A stretch of DNA of 64,000 nucleotides, from the NCBI GenBank assembly GCA_964489065.1, contig CAZAXH010000008.1, positions 64,130-128,129 on the forward strand. The letters run 5' to 3'. The notes beneath the pieces are model-generated. The model was not told the DNA's origin, did no database searches, and worked only from the letters and a program-made list of their open reading frames with translations. Below, one piece after another: positions 57,113-64,000 of this stretch. The stretch is from an uncultured Planctomycetales bacterium. Its GTDB lineage: Bacteria > Omnitrophota > Gorgyraeia > Zapsychrales > JANLHA01. Numbering within the stretch: the first letter of the stretch is position 1; each line of letters starts with the position of its first letter. The position numbers and the translations under genes were made by a program.

Positions 57113-58551
57113 AAAAAACGAGCCGGAAATCATCCGTGAACACCGCTATGTTCGGCCTCCTGCTGGCTGGAGTCCTGCTGGTCGCCTGCCGGGGCAGCGC
57201 AGCCGGCAGCCCCGCGATAGCGCTGGAGAATTTTAGCAAACAGGACGCCACCGTGTTAACCATCGAAGAGTTTGTCCGGCGCACCAGTCAAAATGACACG
57301 GTCTTCGAGCAAATCCTGATGGATGAATTAAAGCTCCAGTACCGTAAGGACCTATCCCTCCCAGCCGGAGATATTATTTTGTCCGTAAAAGGACACTATG
57401 ACTTTATCCTGAATCAAAACAGAGAAGAGCCGGACATGGCCCTTGGGTTGGACAAACTCTTCCCCGATACGGGTACGAACATATCCCTGTCTTACGAAAA
57501 CACCCCTTCGATCAGTTCAACAACGGAAAAGTCCCAACTGGATTTCCTGGTATCCCAGCCGATCGCCGAGAATGCGTTCGGCCATGCCACCCGTATGCAG
57601 GATAAGATTTCCGGCATTGAAATCGACGTCATTCGGTATCAAATTACCGAGGCATACGAAGACTATTTGGCCAGCCTCATCAATATTTATTATGACTGGT
57701 ATTCGGCGTGGGAAAATCTCAAAATAGGACAATCCTCCTATGCGCAGAATAAACAGTTATTGGACAACATGAACCGCAGGGCCCAAAACAAAATCGCCCT
57801 GCCGGTGGATGTCAATAAGGTCCAGCTTTTGGTCATCGCCAAAGAAGAAAACATGATTTCCCTGAAGGAAATATATGAAAATTATACAAATCTGGTCAAA
57901 AAGGCCATCCGGAGCGACAAAAATGCTGCATGGGTCCCGCAGGACCCCTCCGGATTCCATGATTTTGAAGTCAATTTCGAGGAACGATACAAGCAGTTTA
58001 CCGATTCTAGCCGGACTTATGCGATCCTGAAGCTGCTAGAAGAAAAAAGTTCCCTGGATGTCAGTAAAAACACGGATGCTCTTTTGCCATCGACAAACCT
58101 GATGTTTGGCTATACGATGGAGGGAACCCGATGGGGGATTCAGGAGGAGGATCATATGGTTTACACGGGGATTTCCATGAAATGGCCCTTCCCGGGACAA
58201 AAGGAGCGCGCCGGACATAAAACCGCAGAAATTGATTTTCAAAAAACCCGGCTGACCCATCAGAACAAATATCTTGAACTCTATACCGATTTAAAAAACC
58301 TGCAACTTCAGGTCATGAGAGAGAAAGAGCTCATACGGCTGGCGGATGAAAAGATTAATTTGTCTGAAGCCGTCCTAACGGATGAGACCCGGAACTATTC
58401 ATTTGGGAAAATTACCTTGAACGATTATATCGACGCGGTCAACACGGTCGACCTCAATAAATTCAAGAAGATTCTGCATACCGTTGAGCTCAAAAAACTT
58501 CTCCTGGAATGGCTTCGCCTGACCGACCGGTTAGTCGATAAAACACATTGA
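57109..58551 (+). CDS. Outer membrane efflux protein (TolC/OEP family) lipoprotein
   Basis: Lipobox LLVAC, N-terminal LTIEEFVRRTSQNDTVFEQIL, and tandem coiled-coil repeats typical of outer-membrane-factor (OMF) proteins. ATGA overlap with the RND gene. Confidence 0.7.
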   Translation: MKKTSRKSSVNTAMFGLLLAGVLLVACRGSAAGSPAIALENFSKQDATVLTIEEFVRRTSQNDTVFEQILMDELKLQYRKDLSLPAGDIILSVKGHYDFILNQNREEPDMALGLDKLFPDTGTNISLSYENTPSISSTTEKSQLDFLVSQPIAENAFGHATRMQDKISGIEIDVIRYQITEAYEDYLASLINIYYDWYSAWENLKIGQSSYAQNKQLLDNMNRRAQNKIALPVDVNKVQLLVIAKEENMISLKEIYENYTNLVKKAIRSDKNAAWVPQDPSGFHDFEVNFEERYKQFTDSSRTYAILKLLEEKSSLDVSKNTDALLPSTNLMFGYTMEGTRWGIQEEDHMVYTGISMKWPFPGQKERAGHKTAEIDFQKTRLTHQNKYLELYTDLKNLQLQVMREKELIRLADEKINLSEAVLTDETRNYSFGKITLNDYIDAVNTVDLNKFKKILHTVELKKLLLEWLRLTDRLVDKTH

Positions 58552-58649
58552 AATAATAAGGACGCCCCCCAGATGGCCACGGGGCCGCAATCCCTTTAAG
58601 ACGTAAGACGGGGCCGGGCCCCTATCAGAAAAGAGTTAAGGAAGCGCAT

Positions 58650-59444
58650 ATGAAAAACAGAAAACCGCCTTTACTGGAATTTAATGACCTAACTGTTCTA
58701 AAAGGAGGACGGGTTGTCCTGGACGCCCTGTCTTTGAAAATTTATGAAGGCGAGGATGTGGCCATATTGGGGCCTAACGGAGCCGGGAAATCCTCGCTCA
58801 TCAAAGTCATCACCCGGGACTATTATCCCATACAGCCCAACCAGGGATGCCCGTTCAGAATATGGGGGCAGGATCAGTGGAATATCTTCGAACTAAGGAA
58901 ATTATTGGGGATCGTGTCCAATGACCTTCAATACACCTGCACCAGAGACACAACAGGGGGGGACGTCGTCCTGTCCGGTTTCTTCAGCAGCATCGGCCTG
59001 TATAGAGAGCGCCTGACTCCCGTTATGAAACGCAAAGCCCAGGAGGTCATTGAATTCCTGGAAATAGGGCATCTACAGCATAGGAACATGAATGAGATGT
59101 CCTCCGGGGAAGCGCGCCGCTTCCTGATCGCACGGGCCCTGGTTCATGACCCTAAGGCGCTGATCCTTGATGAGCCAACCAACAGCCTTGATCTGCATGC
59201 CACCTATAAATTCACGGACATGATCCGGAAAATCACCCGGGCCGGGACAAGCCTGATTCTGGTGACGCAAAACCCTTCTGATATTATTCCCGAAATCAGA
59301 CGGGTGATCCTGATGAAGGACGGAAAATTTTATCAATATGGGACTAAAGAGTCTGTCCTGACGGGAGAGAGAATCAGCCGTCTGTTCGGCTCTTCCATCC
59401 ATATTATGAAAAAAAATGGATATTATTACGCCCTGCGGGCGTAG
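58650..59444 (+). CDS. ABC transporter ATP-binding protein (orphan, no adjacent permease)
   Basis: GPNGAGKSSLIKVI, SSGEARRFLIARAL, LILDEPTNSLD. Confidence 0.8.
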   Translation: MKNRKPPLLEFNDLTVLKGGRVVLDALSLKIYEGEDVAILGPNGAGKSSLIKVITRDYYPIQPNQGCPFRIWGQDQWNIFELRKLLGIVSNDLQYTCTRDTTGGDVVLSGFFSSIGLYRERLTPVMKRKAQEVIEFLEIGHLQHRNMNEMSSGEARRFLIARALVHDPKALILDEPTNSLDLHATYKFTDMIRKITRAGTSLILVTQNPSDIIPEIRRVILMKDGKFYQYGTKESVLTGERISRLFGSSIHIMKKNGYYYALRA

Positions 59445-59504
59445 CCTGATACTTTTATTATTAAAAATAAAACACGGGAAAGTCGATTAAAAAAGGAGCC
59501 CATC

Positions 59505-60068
59505 ATGAACCCGGTTATTGAAAACATTTTTGCCAGAAGGTCCGTGAGGATTTATGCTGCCACACCGATTCCCCGGGACACGCTCTTGACGATCATCGAA
59601 GCCAGCAACATGGCGCCGAGCGGATGCAATGCCCAGGGATGGCGGTATATTATCGTGGAAGACTGTGGGTTCCGGGAAAAACTCGCGGACCTCGCCTTAC
59701 CGAAGTATAAAAAATGGATGGAGAATATTTCCGGCCCGCTCAAAGACCTGCGGGAGGACATTGACAAAAAGACACCCGACCCTGTATATTATTCGGCGCC
59801 GGCCGTAGTTTTCGTTGTCGGTTCAGGGATGACCGCTGATTTTGACTGCTCCATGGTATGTCAAAACATGATGCTCGCGGCCCGTTCGTTCGGCATAGGC
59901 AGTTGCTGGGTTTATTTCGGCCAGCTGGTTCTGGATGACGCCGAAATCAAAAAAATATTTGCCCTAAGCCCCGAGGAGAAAGTTTACGGACCGGTTTTGC
60001 TTGGGTACCCGCGGGAAGGATTCCCAGAGGCGCCCGCGAAGAAATCACCGGAAATTCAATGGATATAA
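59505..60068 (+). CDS. Nitroreductase family protein
   Basis: RRSVRIY...IIEASNMAPSGCNAQGWRYIIV conserved FMN-binding N-terminus. Confidence 0.8.
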   Translation: MNPVIENIFARRSVRIYAATPIPRDTLLTIIEASNMAPSGCNAQGWRYIIVEDCGFREKLADLALPKYKKWMENISGPLKDLREDIDKKTPDPVYYSAPAVVFVVGSGMTADFDCSMVCQNMMLAARSFGIGSCWVYFGQLVLDDAEIKKIFALSPEEKVYGPVLLGYPREGFPEAPAKKSPEIQWI

Positions 60069-60889
60069 TGCGGCCCAAAAATACCGCGTGGGAGAACAAC
60101 GTGAAAACAATCCTATTTTCTTTGTGCTTTCTGCTTCTGCAATCCTTTGTGTCGTACGCCCAAGACATCGACAAGGCCCTTTTTAAGGAATACGAGACTG
60201 CTCTGGTCATTCACAACAGGGCCAGCGGAGAAGTCATCAATCCCAATCCGATATTCACTTCCAGGCGGCTATCGCCCTGTTCAACTTTCAAAATTTATAA
60301 TACCCTGATAGGGTTAGAACTTGGCTTGATCCAAGGGCCGGACGAACCGTGGTATCAATGGGACGGGGTCCACCGCGCCCTCAAGGAATGGGACCGGGAT
60401 TTGACTCTCCGCGAGGCCTTCCAGGTCTCCTGTGTACCGGCCTATCAGACTTTAGCGCGCCAGATCGGGGAAGAGAGCATGCAAAGGTACATTGACCTGC
60501 TTGATTACGGGACGAAAGATATGGCATCCGGAATCGATACCTTTTGGCTCCCCCGTCCAGAAACCGCGTCAATCATGATCAGTGCTGAAGAGCAGGTTTC
60601 CCTTCTGGATAAACTTTTAGATGGGGATTTGCCGTTCTCCAACGATAACATTGCCATATTGCGAAGTGTTATGGAAGCGGGCAAGACAGAACGCGGGACG
60701 CTTTACGGCAAAACCGGTTCCGGGCTTGATGAAGAGGGGAAAGCCAATCTGGGATGGTTTGTCGGGTTTCTGGAAACCCCTCAAACGACCTACACTTTTG
60801 CGTGCAACATTATGGGAGGGGACAATCCTACCGGCAGGACCGCAAAAGCCATTGTGGAAAATATTTTTAAATCGCTGGGGCTTTTTTAA
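60059..60889 (+). CDS. Class D (OXA-type) beta-lactamase with signal peptide
   Basis: S-T-F-K active-site motif (CSTFKIYN), SxV-like SCVPAY, YGT (YGN position), KTGSG, and WFVGF (WxxG). Signal peptide ends ...SYAQD. The start may be ATG 60068, which overlaps the nitroreductase stop as TAATG. Confidence 0.8.
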   Translation: MDIMRPKNTAWENNVKTILFSLCFLLLQSFVSYAQDIDKALFKEYETALVIHNRASGEVINPNPIFTSRRLSPCSTFKIYNTLIGLELGLIQGPDEPWYQWDGVHRALKEWDRDLTLREAFQVSCVPAYQTLARQIGEESMQRYIDLLDYGTKDMASGIDTFWLPRPETASIMISAEEQVSLLDKLLDGDLPFSNDNIAILRSVMEAGKTERGTLYGKTGSGLDEEGKANLGWFVGFLETPQTTYTFACNIMGGDNPTGRTAKAIVENIFKSLGLF

Positions 60890-60917
60890 CCTAAAAGAAA
60901 CTGTGAGGTTTTGATTC

Positions 60918-61093
60918 ATGCGTATTCTTGTCGTGGGAGATGAGAAGAAACTCGCCAGCTTCATAAAAAGAGGCAAGAGCAAGACTACGCTGTGGATGTT
61001 GCTTTTGAGGGCAACAAAAGCCTTTTTCTGGCCGATGGGGACCCGAATGATCAAATCGTATTGAATATCATGGCCTTCTTACCCGCCCTCTAA
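60918..61093 (+). pseudogene. Frameshifted, truncated OmpR-family response-regulator receiver domain remnant
   Basis: Frame 1 gives MRILVVGDEKKLASFIKRG. A +1 shifted frame continues as EEQDYAVDVAFEGNKSLFLADGDPNDQIVLNIMAFLPAL*, which matches the canonical receiver domain. It stops after about 60 codons and has no DNA-binding domain. Confidence 0.55.
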
Positions 61094-61230
61094 CTCGCGC
61101 AGAATTCCATTGACAAGATAATTTGGGGGAAGTAGCATGATTGTCAATGTGACAGTGTGGCCACATGGAATATCTAACAAGGAAGTCCTTTTGAGAAAGA
61201 TATTTTCTGAAAGGACTTATTTTTTTCTTT

Positions 61231-62091
61231 ATGAGTCTAGGGATCTCAAATATTTTCAGCCGCAAAAATATGGGGAGCGCAGCGCTGATCTCATTTCTCA
61301 TGTTAACGCCGGCCGCCGCCTTGGGAGATGAGGGGGGCATTACTGCGACATTACTGAAGGAAATATCCAACAGTCATACGGAGGAGATATTTCCCCTGCT
61401 TAACCCCATCCCCCTGCCTGCGGGATTATCCGTTCATCTCCTCATGCTTTTTCTTTCCGCAGGCATGATGCTTTCCCTGTTTTTTTACGCGAAAAGGAAT
61501 GCCTGTTTACGCCCCCGGGGGCTGCTCGTTGCCGTTGAAAGTGCCGTCCTTTTTATCCAGGACGATGTCGTTTGCCCGGTCATGGGAGAAGAGAGGGGCA
61601 AACAGTGGTTGCCGTTTTTCTGTACATTATTTGTCTTTCTCTTAATCGTCAATCTCCTGGGCCTTATTCCCGCTTTTAAAACCGCGACCGGGAATATCAA
61701 CGTGACAACAGCCTTGTCTATTATGATTTTAGGGCTCATTTTTCTGGAGGGCATCAAGAATTTTGGGCTAAAAAATTTTTTCATTAATTTTTATCCGAAA
61801 AATACGCCCTGGCCGGTAGGTTTTTTTGTGGTTTTTTTAGAATTCAGCGGTTTATTTATTAAAACGGCGGTCTTAAGTCTTCGCCTTTTTGCCAATATGT
61901 TTGCCGGACATTTAGCGATCAGCTCGTTTTTAGTCCTGATTTTCGTTATCAGCCCCTGGATAAGCGCCGTGTCCGTTTCCTTTTCGGTTTTTACGTGTCT
62001 TTTGGAAGTTCTGGTGGGATTTATCCAGGCCGTAGTTTTTACGCTGCTGAGCTGTATTTTTATCACATTGTCCAGCAGTAGTCACGAATAA
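61231..62091 (+). CDS. atpB: F0F1 ATP synthase subunit a
   Basis: LSLRLFANMFAGHL (conserved Arg helix) and LGLIPAFKTATGNINVTTALS. The start is uncertain: 61231, or ATG 61270. Confidence 0.8.
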   Translation: MSLGISNIFSRKNMGSAALISFLMLTPAAALGDEGGITATLLKEISNSHTEEIFPLLNPIPLPAGLSVHLLMLFLSAGMMLSLFFYAKRNACLRPRGLLVAVESAVLFIQDDVVCPVMGEERGKQWLPFFCTLFVFLLIVNLLGLIPAFKTATGNINVTTALSIMILGLIFLEGIKNFGLKNFFINFYPKNTPWPVGFFVVFLEFSGLFIKTAVLSLRLFANMFAGHLAISSFLVLIFVISPWISAVSVSFSVFTCLLEVLVGFIQAVVFTLLSCIFITLSSSSHE

Positions 62092-62115
62092 GTCAACACT
62101 TGAAGGAGGAAGTCA

Positions 62116-62346
62116 ATGGAATTAACTACGATGTCACACGCAATCGCTGTTATTGGCGCGAGTATCGGTGTTGTCGGAGGCAGTCTAGGGATCGCGATCA
62201 TCGGCGCCAAGGCCATGGACGCCATCGCGCGGCAGCCGGAAGAAAAAAAGGATATCCGCACGAATATGATCCTTATGGCAGCCTTGATAGAAGGGTTAGC
62301 TTTCTTTGGCGCGATCGTCGCCTTGCTGGCCATCTTCACAAAATAA
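62116..62346 (+). CDS. atpE: F0F1 ATP synthase subunit c
   Basis: Two-helix hairpin, ARQPE loop, carboxylate in ALIEGLAFF. RBS AAGGAGG. Confidence 0.9.
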   Translation: MELTTMSHAIAVIGASIGVVGGSLGIAIIGAKAMDAIARQPEEKKDIRTNMILMAALIEGLAFFGAIVALLAIFTK

Positions 62347-62452
62347 TTTTACCCTTCTTGGGCCAAACTTTATTGGGATGGTTCAAAAAGAAGACTACCG
62401 TTTTATTATGTGAACGAGACAGGATGTTTCTCGTATTGCAGGAGGCCTACTT

Positions 62453-62935
62453 ATGGAGTTGTTTCAACTAGATCCCGGGCTGGCGCTGTGGACCTGGGTT
62501 GTTTTTGGCGTAACGTTTTTTATTCTTCAGAAATTCGCGTTCCCTCAGATTCTGGAAAATATCAGGGACCGTGAAATGATGATTTCCAAGGCCGTTCATA
62601 AAGCCGAGCAAATAGAAAAACGCCTTTCCGAAATCGAAAAAGAAAGAGACGATATCCTCAGGGAGGCCCAAAGGCAAGCCAACGAAATATTACAGCAGTC
62701 CCGGCTGCACGCCGAATCTTTGAAAAAAGATATTCTGAAAAAAGCGGAGGAAGAAGCGAAAGCTGTCCTGAACGAAGCCAAGGTCAAAATTGACGCTGAG
62801 CGGGCGGTTATGTTCGGGTCTCTGAAATCCGAGATTGCCGATCTTGTCTGCGACACTTCGGAGAAACTCATCGGTCAATCATTTGTGGAAGAAAAAGACC
62901 GCCAATGGGTTAAAGAATTGATTAAAACAATATGA
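62453..62935 (+). CDS. atpF: F0F1 ATP synthase subunit b
   Basis: Single N-terminal TM helix followed by a long charged coiled coil (EAKAVLNEAKVKIDAERA). RBS GGAGG. Confidence 0.8.
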   Translation: MELFQLDPGLALWTWVVFGVTFFILQKFAFPQILENIRDREMMISKAVHKAEQIEKRLSEIEKERDDILREAQRQANEILQQSRLHAESLKKDILKKAEEEAKAVLNEAKVKIDAERAVMFGSLKSEIADLVCDTSEKLIGQSFVEEKDRQWVKELIKTI

Positions 62936-63471
62936 ACGGGACAACAGTCACCATCAGGTACGCCAGGGCGCTTTATGAGGTAGCCGTTGAGAAGGGGGTT
63001 CTTGATATGGTTTCGGAAGACCTTTCTCAATTAGACAGGATCATCAAACAGGCCCCTTCCATAAGGGCGTATTGCCTGAAGCGCCATAAGGACCATATCC
63101 TGGAGATGGACTTTGTCGACATCGCTTTTATCCCTTATGTCAGTGACTTAACCGCGGCCGTCTTAAAGACCGCAGTCCGAAACGGGAGGTTGTCCGCCCT
63201 GGTGTACCTGCCCTCGGCCTTTCATCAGATAAGGGCTGAAAAAACCGAGATCTCGGACGTCACCCTGGAAACCACGTGGCCGGCGGACCAAACTCTTCAA
63301 GAGGCGGTCAGGGCAAAAATGAGTTCGCGACTGGGAGGGGAAATAAAACTTACAACCCGTGTCGTTCCCGGACTGCTGGGCGGGGTCAGGATTTTATGGG
63401 ATAACCGCATGATCGATCTATCAGCCTCCGGGCGTTTAAAAAAAATACGGTCAAGAATCAAGACCGTCTGA
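62932..63471 (+). CDS. atpH: F0F1 ATP synthase subunit delta (OSCP)
   Basis: IRYARALYEVAVEKG N-terminus typical of the delta subunit. ATGA overlap with atpF. Confidence 0.8.
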   Translation: MNGTTVTIRYARALYEVAVEKGVLDMVSEDLSQLDRIIKQAPSIRAYCLKRHKDHILEMDFVDIAFIPYVSDLTAAVLKTAVRNGRLSALVYLPSAFHQIRAEKTEISDVTLETTWPADQTLQEAVRAKMSSRLGGEIKLTTRVVPGLLGGVRILWDNRMIDLSASGRLKKIRSRIKTV

Positions 63472-63486
63472 CAACAGGAAATTTTT

Positions 63487-64000
63487 ATGCGTAACGAAAT
63501 AAAACCACAGGAAATTCTGGATGTCTTAAAAAAGAAAATCGCGGATTTTGACGTCCCTTCCGCAGAAACAGAAACCGGCCGTATCATCCAAGCCGGCGAC
63601 GGGATCGCCCGGGTCTGGGGGTTAAACAGGATTATGGCCGGCGAGCTTGTTGAAATCGAGGCGGATCAGGACAAAACAGTTTCCGGCATGGTCATGAACC
63701 TTGAAGAAGAGACCGTCGGAATTATTCTGTTCGCTGATTATGAACATGTCAAAGAAGGATGCCTGGTGCGCCGGACCAGCCGGGTGGCGGAAGTCCCGGT
63801 CGGCGAAGGACTCTTAGGCCGAATCGTCGACCCGTTAGGGAATCCTATCGACGGGAAGGGCCCGGTCAAGGCGTCCGCACGCCAGATGGTGGAGGTTAAA
63901 GGTCCTGGCATCACGGACCGCAAAAACATTGACGAACCGCTGCACACCGGAATTAAGGCTATTGACGCCATGATCCCGATCGGACGCGGACAGCGAGAGT
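63487..64000 (+). CDS. atpA: F0F1 ATP synthase subunit alpha, N-terminal part (runs off the window)
   Basis: IIQAGDGIARVWGL, VGEGLLGRIVDPLGNPIDGKGP and beta-barrel domain motifs. No stop within the window. Confidence 0.9.
   Translation, partial: MRNEIKPQEILDVLKKKIADFDVPSAETETGRIIQAGDGIARVWGLNRIMAGELVEIEADQDKTVSGMVMNLEEETVGIILFADYEHVKEGCLVRRTSRVAEVPVGEGLLGRIVDPLGNPIDGKGPVKASARQMVEVKGPGITDRKNIDEPLHTGIKAIDAMIPIGRGQRE

Noticed and set aside
58610-58622. GC hairpin GGGGCCGGGCCCC between the OMF gene and the ABC ATPase as a terminator
   Set aside because: The stem is only 4-6 bp and there is no downstream T-run. A weak or no intrinsic terminator is likely.
1-64000. CRISPR arrays, tRNA or rRNA genes, IS elements, integrases or transposases flanking the island
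   Set aside because: I scanned for short regularly spaced direct repeats, cloverleaf-sized GC-balanced stretches and DDE or tyrosine-recombinase motifs in the translations, and none was found. The only repetition is gene-scale paralogy. I therefore make no claim that the island is a mobile element.

Overview
This is a 64-kb bacterial chromosomal window. RND and TolC-type efflux genes and an atpBEFHA operon start point to a Gram-negative-type organism, probably from an uncultivated lineage. Positions 1-6000 hold ordinary genes: a partial SpeH-type AdoMet decarboxylase, a class I methyltransferase, a thioredoxin/DsbD-like membrane protein, Mrp/NBP35, DUF89 and a small Walker ATPase. From about 6366 to 51837 lies a ~45-kb island that dominates the window. 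It has 18 radical-SAM genes carrying 19 CX3CX2C domains. These are 11 predicted B12-binding rSAMs (7 of them in a translationally coupled tandem paralog array), 4 genes with 5 modules of an unusual N-terminal zinc-ribbon rSAM family (one gene is a didomain fusion), 2 SPASM-type rSAMs and 1 MiaB-like methylthiotransferase. Interleaved with them are three DegT-type aminotransferases, a GT2 glycosyltransferase, a flippase-like protein, WbqC-like and ArnT/GT-C-like membrane proteins, a PaaK/CapK-like adenylating enzyme, an AsnB-like amidotransferase, methyltransferases and a HEAT-repeat protein. There is no PKS, NRPS or obvious precursor peptide. The best reading is an undescribed polyprenyl-phosphate/Arn-like glycoconjugate or lipid tailoring system with heavy radical chemistry. 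The 3' flank carries an ABC-2 exporter, RND plus outer-membrane-factor lipoprotein without a membrane fusion protein, an orphan ABC ATPase, a nitroreductase, a class D (OXA-like) beta-lactamase, a frameshifted and truncated response-regulator remnant, and atpB-atpE-atpF-atpH-atpA. No rRNA, tRNA, CRISPR or transposase was recognised. All calls come from reading motifs in the supplied translations; no database search was run.
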